From NCBI GenBank assembly GCA_965200315.1, contig OZ241362.1:3552001-3616000 (forward strand): a DNA stretch of 64,000 nucleotides, read 5' to 3'. Shown here one piece after another: positions 51,768 through 61,090 of this stretch. The translations under genes and the position numbers were made by a program. The first letter of the stretch is position 1, and the number at the start of each line of letters is the position of its first letter. Under the pieces are notes generated by a model. The model saw nothing but the letters and a program-made list of their open reading frames with translations, did no database searches and had not been told where the DNA came from. The stretch is from Candidatus Latescibacterota bacterium (lineage in GTDB: Bacteria; Latescibacterota; UBA2968; UBA8231).

Positions 51768-52417
51768 GAGCCTTCTCTATGGCTTCCGGTGTGCCCATTG
51801 GCGGACGCCAAGCGATGGAGCTTGCCCTCCGCCTCCAGCAGGGGGATTATTTGCTCAAAGTACTCGCAGAGCGCGTGTAGGCGGCCATTTTCGGTCGTCA
51901 TTTCCAGCAGTTGTTGCCTAATTTTTAAGTCGAGGCCCGTCATTTGGGCGATCTGAAAGGCGTTTTGCAGAGACCCTACTTCAGCACCCATACCAGTCAC
52001 TTCCTCAAGCTGCTCCACCAGCTTCTCTAGTGCCGCCACGGCCTTAGCCAAAAGCACTGGGTCCGTCGGTTCCTCAGCGTCATCTACGTACTCTACCCAC
52101 GCCTCTAAATAGGGCTTGTCCTCGGCGATATGCGCGATGCGAAAGCGCCGCCCGCCGCGGACGATGACGTTGAGTCGGCCATCGTCAAACTCGTTGAGCA
52201 CTTTGGCCAACAACATCGCGCAACCCACCTCGCCCTGCACCTCGCGGTCTTCCCCCAGAATCATGCCAATGGGCAAGATCTCACCGCGCTCGTCGGCCGT
52301 CCGCACATCGGCGAGCATCTGCTTGTAGCGCGGCTCAAATATGTGCAGGGGCACGATTTGGTCGGGGAAAACGACTATCGGCAGAGGAAAGAGTGGGATC
52401 GGATTGCAATCTAGCAT
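51764..52417 (-). CDS. LON substrate-binding domain protein
   Basis: IPLFPL..VVFP...PLHIFEPRY, DGR..V...G..RF. Confidence 0.88.
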   Translation of the reverse strand: MLDCNPIPLFPLPIVVFPDQIVPLHIFEPRYKQMLADVRTADERGEILPIGMILGEDREVQGEVGCAMLLAKVLNEFDDGRLNVIVRGGRRFRIAHIAEDKPYLEAWVEYVDDAEEPTDPVLLAKAVAALEKLVEQLEEVTGMGAEVGSLQNAFQIAQMTGLDLKIRQQLLEMTTENGRLHALCEYFEQIIPLLEAEGKLHRLASANGHTGSHREGS

Positions 52418-52593
52418 GGGCGCGTCGTGTTGGGTTGGTTGATAAGAGCAAATTAAACCGCCGATACCAGCGAGGGCAAGCGGCGCGGTGGCCCCTGCTA
52501 GGCGTCTTCGATCTGCTGAGACGCAGTGGCGCGGTTGACATTGCCCTAGCGGCGCGACTCATTAAGGAATATCCTCAAGACCGGGACTTGGCT

Positions 52594-54180
52594 ATGGCGC
52601 GCCGCAAGAAAAACGTCCGCAGCGAGATAGAGCGAGCCGCAAACCGCAAAAACCTCCGCAGCCACATCCGCGCCCTCGGTCTCCAATCCGAGGACGAGTA
52701 CCGAGCTTGGTGTCGCAAGCGCGGTTTGGGCGACGGCCTCCACAAGAGCAATCGCCATATCCAAAAGGAGCGCCAGCTCGCACTGCGCCAGCAAGGCGAG
52801 GCCGTGCTCGCCCGCACCCGCCAGCGCACGCGCAGCCCGGCCAACACCATCCGCCAGCTCTACGATCGCACGCTCCCCAAGGGGCGGCTCGGTGCCGACT
52901 ACCTCTACAAGGTTCGCGGTCTCTTCAACGCCTTTCCCAGCGGCCCGGTGCGCCGCGCCTTGCTCGATCTTCTGCTCCAAGCCGTGCGCCGCGCCGACCT
53001 GTTGCGCCTCGACCCCGTCATCCCCGATTTTGGTGCCCATCCGCACAACAACTTCATCGACGGCCTAGCCGCCTTGGCCCGCCATTCAGAAGACTGGGTG
53101 CGCCCCGTGGCCGAGTGGGTGCCGCCGAGCCACAACCCTCGCAAGCAGTTTCACCACCTCGCCTGCCACCTGCTAGCCCGCTATGACGTGCCCGCTTTTA
53201 TGGACGCGGCCTTTTTCACCACGCAGATGCCAGAGGCCGATTTGCACCAGGCGTGGTTCAAACACATCGGCTCGGGGCAAAACATCCGCACCGCCGACCT
53301 GCCCGTCGCCTTGAGCAAGAAGTCGGCCCACTGCTTCCTCGCCGCCCCCAACGACCTCTCCATCGCCCACGCCCTGCGCTGGGGCCAAGTCTTAGGGCAA
53401 GGCGGCAGTCCGACGTTGGCGCGAGCGGTGATTGGCACCCGGCTGGGCCAGTCGTTTGAAAACGAGGACTTTTGGTCCACCGCGATCCTGTTTTTTGCCA
53501 ACAATCCCATGCTCGACCCAGCCCACATCGGCCCCATCGTCGATTTTATTTACAATCAGAAATACGTGCCGCAGCAAATCGTCCTGCCCGGCGGTCGCGT
53601 CGAGCAAGGGCCGCAGCCACAGCCAAACTTCTCGCTGAAGAGCCGCAGCGTTCCCAAGCTGTTGCGCCAAGTTGACGAGTGGCACGAAGCGCTGGCCCGC
53701 GAGGTGCTGCTACCCGATGCAGAGGCCGAGTTGGGCAGAGCTGGTGGCAAAAAGGGGCGCGTCCGGCACATGTCTTGGGGCGCTTCGAGTATCGGCGAGT
53801 TCGAGCAAAAGCAGGAGGACAAGCAACTCGGCGAGACCCTCACTTGGAGCGTAAAGGAGCTGCTCTCCAATCACGAACTGGGAGCCGAGGGCCGCGAAAT
53901 GGGCCACTGCGTCTATACCTACGCCAGGAGTTGCCGCAACGGCAGTACCTCGATCTGGTCCCTCGGCTTAGAGGACGGCAAAGGCCACCGCCACCGCGTC
54001 CTCACCATCGCCGTCGATCCGCGCAGCCGCACCATCACCCAAATCCGCGGCCGCTACAACGTGCTGCCCAACGCCAAAAACAAAAAGAACTTAGAGCGAG
54101 CCTATCAGAAACTGCTGCTCCGTTCTCAGAAGGTGCTCGGGCAGTGGATGAGCCGCGAATTTATCAGCAAGCGCTGCTGA
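52594..54180 (+). CDS. PcfJ-like domain protein
   Basis: C-terminal EL..EG..M.HCV.TY...C..G...IWSL, Q.RG..N. Confidence 0.75.
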   Translation: MARRKKNVRSEIERAANRKNLRSHIRALGLQSEDEYRAWCRKRGLGDGLHKSNRHIQKERQLALRQQGEAVLARTRQRTRSPANTIRQLYDRTLPKGRLGADYLYKVRGLFNAFPSGPVRRALLDLLLQAVRRADLLRLDPVIPDFGAHPHNNFIDGLAALARHSEDWVRPVAEWVPPSHNPRKQFHHLACHLLARYDVPAFMDAAFFTTQMPEADLHQAWFKHIGSGQNIRTADLPVALSKKSAHCFLAAPNDLSIAHALRWGQVLGQGGSPTLARAVIGTRLGQSFENEDFWSTAILFFANNPMLDPAHIGPIVDFIYNQKYVPQQIVLPGGRVEQGPQPQPNFSLKSRSVPKLLRQVDEWHEALAREVLLPDAEAELGRAGGKKGRVRHMSWGASSIGEFEQKQEDKQLGETLTWSVKELLSNHELGAEGREMGHCVYTYARSCRNGSTSIWSLGLEDGKGHRHRVLTIAVDPRSRTITQIRGRYNVLPNAKNKKNLERAYQKLLLRSQKVLGQWMSREFISKRC

Positions 54181-54181
54181 T

Positions 54182-55140
54182 TCAATCCCGCAAGACGGCC
54201 AACGCCTCGGCGACCTCCTGCCCTTTGGCTTCGATAATGTCCATTAGCTCTTCGGGTGTGCGCGTATCCACGACCGGCTTTTTATGAGGATTGACGGCCT
54301 TGAGGTCGTACACCGCATCTTCGATCCGCTTGGCGTCGTTGGCCAGTGCCCTTGCTTCAGCTTTCAACGTCTTGACCTTCGCTTCCGCCTCCTCAATAGC
54401 CTGCTCGTCGCGCGGCTTGGCTTTCTTGAGTTCCCTAAACTGCGCCTTCCACTGAGCCTCCACTTACTCTCCTTGCCGCCAAACGGGGGATTGGTCAGGA
54501 TCACGTCAAAAGCCGGTGGCGCATTGTCGAACAAGCCTCCGTAAATTTCCTGCCCGGTCAAGGTATTGCCGTGCCACAGGCTGGGATCGTCGATGCCATG
54601 CAATACCAGATTGGCCAAAGCGATGGGATAGATGAGGTTTTCCTTTTCCCGGCCATAGAATGTCCGCTGCTTGAGGATGGTCAATTGCTCAGCGGTAGCG
54701 TCGTCCCCCATCCGCTCCCCAATGTGCTCAAAACTCTGGGGCAGAAAGCCGCCGGTGCCGCAGCCGGGGTCGTACACGGTCTCGCCAACGCACGGGTCTA
54801 TCACCTGTACCATCGCTTTGATTACTTGGCGCGGCGTGAAGAACTGCCCGCCGTCGTTGCCCTTCTCGCCCATCTTGAGCAGCAATCCTTCGTAGACCTG
54901 CGAGAGCGCGAAGACATGCGTCGGATCGACTGCCTCGTTAGAGAACTGATGCACTTTATCGAGTACGTCGAGGAAGTTGCGCTCGGTGTCGATTCGGACC
55001 CGCTCGACACCGGTCATAATCTCACTGATGACCTTTTGCCGCGGGGTGGCGTCGGGCACTTCCTTGAGCGCCTTCAGATGCGGCAGTAAGATTCCGTTGA
55101 TGAGTGCCAGAGGAGATCTTTCGGCGTAAGGAGAAATTTG
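54182..55140 (-). pseudogene. hsdM: type I R-M methyltransferase (HsdM) remnants
   Basis: GQFFTPR, DPGCGTGGF, TNPPFGG joined out of frame to C-terminal YDLKAVNP..DTRTPEEL; N-terminus missing. Confidence 0.85.
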
Positions 55141-55144
55141 CAAA

Positions 55145-55336
55145 ATGAACGGTATTACCGCACACTTAGGACAGTTGGACGGATTCATCACCGATGCTCC
55201 TCGTGGCTGGCGCGTCCATCGGCTTTCAGGTGATCGGCAGGGCGAATGGAGCGTTTCGGTATCCGGCAATTGGCGGATCACGTTTGCAGAAGAGAACGGC
55301 TATATCGATCACGTAAACCTGGAGGACTATCACTAA
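55145..55336 (+). CDS. HigB/plasmid-killer type toxin, probably 5'-truncated
   Basis: HRLSGDRQGEWSVSVSGNWRITF...VNLEDYH. Confidence 0.75.
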   Translation: MNGITAHLGQLDGFITDAPRGWRVHRLSGDRQGEWSVSVSGNWRITFAEENGYIDHVNLEDYH

Positions 55337-55641
55337 TGGCTACCGACCCCATCAAGATAAACATGACCCCTTCGCATCCGGGCGACTTCATTCGCACGGA
55401 GGTCATCGAGGAGTTGAGTCTGAGTGTGACAAGGGCAGCCGAGATTTTGGGAGTTCGGCGGGCAACGCTTTCGGACCTGCTGAACGGCAACGCCGCGCTA
55501 TCGCCGGAGATGGCACTGCGCATTGAGAAAGCATTCGGCGTGGGAATGGACATGCTGCTGAGGATGCAGGCTTGGTATGATGCCTCGCAGATGCGCACCC
55601 GTGCAAGCGAGATCAGCATCCGGCGCTATGAACCTGTCTGA
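55336..55641 (+). CDS. higA: HigA family antitoxin
   Basis: HPGDFI, AAEILGV.R.TLS, LSPEMALRIEKAFG, LRMQ..YD. Confidence 0.88.
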   Translation: MATDPIKINMTPSHPGDFIRTEVIEELSLSVTRAAEILGVRRATLSDLLNGNAALSPEMALRIEKAFGVGMDMLLRMQAWYDASQMRTRASEISIRRYEPV

Positions 55642-55675
55642 CCAATGTGGGCAACAAATTAAAAAAGGGGCAGAT

Positions 55676-56092
55676 ATGCCAAGACTCAAGACGTATGATC
55701 TATTTCTGAGCCATGTATGGCGTAGTGCCGAAAATTCCGAATACTACCGCCTTGAGAATCTTCTCTACGAAGCACCGTACTTCTATTGGCGCAATTACTC
55801 AGTTCCAGAGCACGATCCACTGGGAACAAAGACAGATAATGAACTACGTCAAGCACTTGACCGACAAATTGCCCCAGTAAACTGCTTTCTTGTGGTTTCT
55901 GGCATGTACGTGAATCATAGAAAGTGGATTCAGGAAGAGATCAACATCGCCATAGACTACGATAAACCGATTGTTGGCGTTAAGCCTTGGGGTCAAGAAC
56001 GTGTACCGATTGAGGTGCAAAATGCTGTAAAGGAAATGGTTGGTTGGCAAACGAGTAGCATCGTAGATGCTATTCGGAGATGGTCTTTGTAG
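55676..56092 (+). CDS. TIR-like domain protein (ThsB/MTH538/DUF1863 type)
   Basis: YDLFLSH.W, NYSVP, SGMY...KWIQEEI, KPIVGVKPWG. Confidence 0.85.
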   Translation: MPRLKTYDLFLSHVWRSAENSEYYRLENLLYEAPYFYWRNYSVPEHDPLGTKTDNELRQALDRQIAPVNCFLVVSGMYVNHRKWIQEEINIAIDYDKPIVGVKPWGQERVPIEVQNAVKEMVGWQTSSIVDAIRRWSL

Positions 56093-56155
56093 CTAAAAAC
56101 TTGAAAAACCTACGACAGCCCTTGCTACATCATAAGTCGAAAAGGCGGGAAAGAG

Positions 56156-56650
56156 ATGAGCAAAGACAACCTGAATTTGCTGCGCCAGAGTAAAGATGAC
56201 TACGGCACTGAATTTGAGAATCACCTTTTTGACCAGTATAAGCTATATGTCGAAATGGCTGATCGAATCAGTGCACGGCGAATGCTCGCAAACTCGTTTT
56301 TCGTCGGTGTGCATACGACCCTGACTATCGCCTTTACTGTGCTGCTCAAAGAGAAGGTGCTACAGCCTCCCTCGCTTATCTTTGTGCCTTTTGTCTCCTC
56401 GATACTTCTCTGTTATGTGTGGTGGCGCGTCGTGTGTTCGTATCGGCAGCTAAACACGGGTAAGTACAAGGTAGTCCTAGCACTTGAGCAAATGCTACCT
56501 GTTGCTCCGTATGATGCCGAATGGATAGCCTTTGGCGAAGGGAAGGATAGAAAGCTATACCGGCCGCTTACAGATGTAGAAAAGTGGGTGCCGGCATGCT
56601 TTGGTTTGTTGTATGTCTTGTTGGCCGGTATGTTTTACTTCAAGGGATAG
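56156..56650 (+). CDS. small 3-TM membrane protein (resembles RipA/octameric membrane family)
   Basis: QYKLYVEMADRIS.RR..AN.FF, W...SYRQLN.GK..V...E..LP..PY..EW, VEKWVP; three hydrophobic segments. Confidence 0.75.
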   Translation: MSKDNLNLLRQSKDDYGTEFENHLFDQYKLYVEMADRISARRMLANSFFVGVHTTLTIAFTVLLKEKVLQPPSLIFVPFVSSILLCYVWWRVVCSYRQLNTGKYKVVLALEQMLPVAPYDAEWIAFGEGKDRKLYRPLTDVEKWVPACFGLLYVLLAGMFYFKG

Positions 56651-56718
56651 CAAGATGTCGCCAACGGACGGCTGTGAACCTACACTGCTCGCAGCAGACA
56701 CGAAAGGATAGCTGGATT

Positions 56719-57165
56719 ATGAAAGTTTTTATCAGCCATGCCTATACAGATGAGCCGCTTGTCAAGAAAATTGTGGCTAGCCTAGAGGAAGTTGGTCTCG
56801 AAGTATGGGATGCCACCCGCGACGTCCTCCATGAGGCCAATTGGGCCGACGAAGTGGCGCGGGCGTTGGAAGAGTCAAAAGCCATGGTGGTCCTCCTGAC
56901 CGCCGACGCTCTACGTTCAAGTTGGGTACGTCGGGAGATCGAGTATGCTCTTGGCGAACAAAACTATCGCGAACGTCTGATTCCCGTCCTTGCAAGCGAC
57001 CTAGGGGAGCTGAAGAAAGAAGATATTCCATGGATTCTTCGGCGCTTACATATAATTGATATGGGTGAATACGCCAAGGAAGAAGAAGGAATTAGTCAGA
57101 TTGCACAGACACTTCTAGAAAATGATGTCACAAGCTCTCCGCCTCCATCTGCATCAATTGCTTGA
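56719..57165 (+). CDS. TIR_2 domain protein
   Basis: KVFISHA..D, S.WVRREI..AL, LIPVL; AAGGA SD. Confidence 0.88.
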   Translation: MKVFISHAYTDEPLVKKIVASLEEVGLEVWDATRDVLHEANWADEVARALEESKAMVVLLTADALRSSWVRREIEYALGEQNYRERLIPVLASDLGELKKEDIPWILRRLHIIDMGEYAKEEEGISQIAQTLLENDVTSSPPPSASIA

Positions 57166-57168
57166 ATT

Positions 57169-57582
57169 ATGTTGCCAAAGGAAATTTTTCTTTCACATTC
57201 TGACCAAGATCGGCAATTTGTGGAAAGGTTGGTCTCCGTAATGAGGCGGCATGGACTTCCCATCTGGTACAGTCGAACTGATGTACTTGGAGGACAACAA
57301 TGGCATGACGAAATTGGGGAGGCACTTCGGCGCTGCGATTGGTTTGTGCTTGTCTTATCGCCGAGTTCCTTGGAATCCATGTGGGTAAAAAGAGAGATAT
57401 ACTTTGCTCTTAACCAGAACCGCTTTGAAAACAAGATTGTTCCTCTTTTGTACCAACACTGTGCCTACGAGCGACTTTCTTGGACGCTGCACTCCTTTCA
57501 GATGATTGATTTTACACAATCTTTTGAACAGGGGTGTCGCGCCCTCCTACGTGTGTGGGGTTTGGGATACCAAGCAGCGTAA
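57169..57582 (+). CDS. TIR_2 domain protein
   Basis: IFLSHS..D, LVLSP.S..S.WVKREI..AL, IVPLL. Confidence 0.88.
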   Translation: MLPKEIFLSHSDQDRQFVERLVSVMRRHGLPIWYSRTDVLGGQQWHDEIGEALRRCDWFVLVLSPSSLESMWVKREIYFALNQNRFENKIVPLLYQHCAYERLSWTLHSFQMIDFTQSFEQGCRALLRVWGLGYQAA

Positions 57583-57609
57583 TCTCCCAGTTTGATGAGA
57601 ACTTATTCA

Positions 57610-58075
57610 TCACACCTTCCCCGCAAAAGCCTCCCGCAACAGAGCCGACGGCATAGCGTCAATAGCGTCCAACTTTTCTTCCGCTGCCGCTCGCGCCTTC
57701 TCCACTGCTGCCATCTGCTTTTTGAGAATTGCCGCAATTCGCCGCTGCTCTGCAAGCGGCGGGAGAGGAATTTTGCGTTTGAAGAGGTATTCTTGAGGTA
57801 ACCTTTGTTGTCCTACTGAACCAGTGAAATGTTCTGTTGCTTCTAGAAGAACGCTGGGTTGCCGAACGAAGAAGTGTATCCATTCGGCGATTATGTGCTC
57901 GCTTGGGCGGAGAACATGAAACTCCGTCGTGCCAAATCCAATACCATCTAATAAGTCTCGCGCTATCGCGTGTTTTCCGTTCTGCATACAAGGGGTAATT
58001 TTTGCGAAAAGAACATCCCCTTCAACGAAATACGTGTATCCTCTTTTGATCTCACCAAACGGGCGTATGTGTAAC
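57610..58075 (-). pseudogene. hsdS: type I R-M specificity subunit (HsdS) C-terminal half
   Basis: GDVLFAKITPCMQNGK, IPLPPLAEQRRI, LLREAFAG; one TRD only. Confidence 0.8.
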
Positions 58076-58714
58076 TTCGCAGCTCCCAACGGTGATATAC
58101 ACGTCGAAGCCCTCGACGCGAATGATGGTAGGCCCATCGCCGCCTTCGCCGCTGCTGGTGCGCGTTGGACGGCTGGTAAAGTCCTCGCTGAACAGGCGGG
58201 TGGCGTCGGTGTAGTCATAAACGCGGAACATCAGCTTATTGGTCGGTTCATCTATGCGTGTCCCTCGACCTGCTCGCGAGGTATGGGCAAGCCTGTGATA
58301 GCATCTATCGGGTTGCGCTTCATAATGTCGTCTATGGTAAGGCCGGTGTCGTCGAGGTTGACGCGCCCCTTTTGGATTTCGCAGGCGGCCAGATAGCCGT
58401 CCTCAATGCCTTGAACGCTCCATGACGGCGCGAATGGCGGCGTCCTGATAGTAGCGGCGGGTGCCTTCGCCGCCTGAGTAGGGCTGCAATAGAGGGCGAG
58501 CGGCGGGTGATTCGAGGGCAAAACCGATGCCTTGTTCGTACCGGGTACGTAACTCAATCTGGCCGCGCTTGCGACGACCACTGACAGGCTCAACGGCCCC
58601 AGCAGTCTCCTCGCGTCGGATGTGGTCTTCTGTCCAGCCGCGCTTGTGAATGGCCGGATCGATGAGCTTGGCTCTGGTATCGGCTTCGCTGAAGTTCATT
58701 TGTGCCGCGTCCAT
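58076..58714 (-). pseudogene. hsdR: type I R-M restriction subunit (HsdR) stumps
   Basis: SEADTRAKLIDP, RYYQDAAIRAV, QGIEDGYL, KLMFRVYDYTDATRLF pieces spliced together in about 0.64 kb. Confidence 0.8.
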
Positions 58715-58735
58715 TCTGCGCTATCTTGCTCTCGC

Positions 58736-59038
58736 ATGGAAAACACATACTTCGTCCCGACCGACGCCGAGCACATCGCTCGCGAGAAGAACAAGGCCAA
58801 AATGCTGCGCCGCTCCGAGTGGTGGAAGCGCAGACGGGCCGCTGGCCAGTGCCACTACTGCCAGCAGTCGTTTGCCTCCGAGGAACTGACCATGGATCAC
58901 GTGGTGCCCCTCATCCGCGGCGGCCGCACCACCAAATCCAACGTGGTCCCTTGCTGCAAGCACTGCAACAGCCAAAAGCAGCACCGGCTCCCCATCGAAT
59001 GGGCGGCCTATCTAGCGCGGCTGCGCGACGAAAGCTAA
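58736..59038 (+). CDS. HNH endonuclease
   Basis: CHYC, TMDHVVP..RGG, N.V.CCKHCN. Confidence 0.88.
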   Translation: MENTYFVPTDAEHIAREKNKAKMLRRSEWWKRRRAAGQCHYCQQSFASEELTMDHVVPLIRGGRTTKSNVVPCCKHCNSQKQHRLPIEWAAYLARLRDES

Positions 59039-59041
59039 AAG

Positions 59042-59983
59042 CTAGTGATAGTCCACAATGTCAGCTATAGCCGCGGCCACTTCCGCGGCCACTTCCGCCG
59101 GCACTCGCGGATTGAACGGGCCACCCTCGCCGCCATCCACATCGCTGAACCCCCCCAAGTGCATGGTCTCGACCACGGCTGAATAGTTGTACATGCGGCC
59201 ATCGCGGAAGCGAATTCCCTCTAGAGCCGCAAGCTTGTCTTCAATCTGCTGCGACGTCGCAAAATCGCCCCGGCGCTGGGCGTTGTTGAGCTCGTCTGAG
59301 GCGCGAGCAAAGGCCACGTTAATTCCCGACGTATGCCCTTTGGTGCCGCGCTCGGCCGGCCCAGTCGAACGATCTCCCACACCCCAAATCACCAGCGCAG
59401 CCCCTTCTTCCACACCCGCGACAATCGGCTCAACATCCTCGACCGTGGTGCCGATCTTAAGCCCGACGAAGTGCTCGGACTCGTTCATCAGCCGCACGGC
59501 TATGTCGCGCTCGGCTTGGTTGCGCAGGTAGTAGAGCAACTTGGCTCCGCATGAACGCCCCAGCCGCTCGGCGAGGTCGAGGTGATAGGCAAAAATGCCC
59601 TCTGGACTGGCCACGCCGGTAAGCGGCATGACGAGATAGACATCCGGGGGATATTCGAGCGCGGCCTCTCGCTCGATCAACCGCTCGGCATCCCCCACCG
59701 GATTGGGGGCAATCCCGGCCATCAGCACCCCGCGCCGCCCCATCTGCTCGCCGGTAAAGCCCAACAGCCGCACTTGCTCGTCCGCGCTAATGTGGTGGAT
59801 CAAGCTGGTCCCGGCGATGCCAATCACCCGGGGCCGGCCGCCCTCTAGGTGATTTTTTTCCATCAAGTAGTTGATGTTCTTGGCGTGGGCGTCGTAGTCG
59901 ATTTGTCCGCCGCGAAAAGGGACCACCGGGATGGAGGTAACCGAGTTTAGTGCGGCGAGTAGGTCTTCTTTTTGCAATGGCAT
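59042..59983 (-). CDS. DapA/NAL family aldolase/dehydratase
   Basis: IPVVPF..GQID, Schiff-base Lys in VGLKIG, G.TSG. Confidence 0.75.
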   Translation of the reverse strand: MPLQKEDLLAALNSVTSIPVVPFRGGQIDYDAHAKNINYLMEKNHLEGGRPRVIGIAGTSLIHHISADEQVRLLGFTGEQMGRRGVLMAGIAPNPVGDAERLIEREAALEYPPDVYLVMPLTGVASPEGIFAYHLDLAERLGRSCGAKLLYYLRNQAERDIAVRLMNESEHFVGLKIGTTVEDVEPIVAGVEEGAALVIWGVGDRSTGPAERGTKGHTSGINVAFARASDELNNAQRRGDFATSQQIEDKLAALEGIRFRDGRMYNYSAVVETMHLGGFSDVDGGEGGPFNPRVPAEVAAEVAAAIADIVDYH

Positions 59984-60016
59984 ATTTAACCTCAACTGTG
60001 TTAGGTGGTGATGAAT

Positions 60017-61090
60017 TCAACGCTCGGGCGCGAAGCGGCGCATGTCGCGCCCCGGAGTTCCCGCGGCGATCCAGCGGGCGATGATTTGGCCGGTGATCGG
60101 GCCTAGCAAGACGCCGTTTTTGTAGTGCCCAGAGGCCACGAAAACCCGCGGCGCATCCGTCAGCGGGCCGATGAGCGGACGCCCACCTCGGGGCTTGGGC
60201 CGCAGACCGGCCTGCTGGCGCGACAGCGGCAAAGATATTCCCAGCGCGGAGCGCACCTCCGTGGCGAACTCCGCCGCGGCCGCACGGGTTGTTTCCAGCC
60301 GAAAGCCGACCTCCTCCACCGTCGATCCCACGATCATTTCACCGCCGTCTGGAATGAAGTGGCGTCCGTTTATCCTCACTAGGTGGCGCAGCGGAGCACC
60401 GACAAAACGGGCTTGTTGGCCCCGCACCGGGCGCAGCGCAATTGGGGCACCGAGCTGCGCTGCCAAGCCGCCAGTCCACGCGCCAGACGCCAAGACCGCA
60501 AAGTCGGCGCGGTGGGTCCCGCGAGTAGTCGCGATCTCCACGGCCTCGCCCTCTTGGGCAATGCGCCAGACGCGCTCGCCCCAAGCGGCGGATGCGCCCT
60601 GCCGTACGGCCGCCGCCCAAAGTGCCGCGCCCAACTTGAAGGGGTCCACCCGGTGATCGTCGGCAAAATACAGCCCCTCGCCGCCGTCCAACCCCGGCTC
60701 CGCATTGCGCAAGGCCCGCTCGTCGAGCCGCTCGACCCGACAGCCGCGCTCGCGGTTGAAGCACCATACCTCCTCTAGCTGGGATGCGTCGGCAAAAAGT
60801 TCGATGCCGCCAAGGGGACGCCAGCCCACGTCTGCTCCTAGGTCTTCGGCTAGGTCGCGGGCCAGCCGAGTGTGCAAAGCGTGGCCGTCGCGGAAAAGCT
60901 GGGCGTAGGGATTGTCGCCGCCGTTGCAGTGAGTGAGGACGCCCAAAGAGGCCCGGCTCGTAGGCGAGCCTGCGGGGATGCCCTCGTCGAGCAGGACGAC
61001 CTTTGCGCCTTGCCGGGCGAGGAAATAGGCGGTCGAGCGGCCAATGATACCGGCCCCGACCACCAACACGCACGCGCCCGTCAGGGCCAT
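60017..61090 (-). CDS. FAD-dependent oxidase (glycine oxidase/DAO family)
   Basis: GAGIIG, PVRGQ, GLRP, GHYKNG.LL.P.TG. Confidence 0.88.
   Translation of the reverse strand: MALTGACVLVVGAGIIGRSTAYFLARQGAKVVLLDEGIPAGSPTSRASLGVLTHCNGGDNPYAQLFRDGHALHTRLARDLAEDLGADVGWRPLGGIELFADASQLEEVWCFNRERGCRVERLDERALRNAEPGLDGGEGLYFADDHRVDPFKLGAALWAAAVRQGASAAWGERVWRIAQEGEAVEIATTRGTHRADFAVLASGAWTGGLAAQLGAPIALRPVRGQQARFVGAPLRHLVRINGRHFIPDGGEMIVGSTVEEVGFRLETTRAAAAEFATEVRSALGISLPLSRQQAGLRPKPRGGRPLIGPLTDAPRVFVASGHYKNGVLLGPITGQIIARWIAAGTPGRDMRRFAPER

Noticed and set aside
58736-59038. HNH nuclease as part of the TIR system
   Set aside because: Separated by hsd remnants, host-like GC, and of a small stand-alone HNH type; no evidence of linkage
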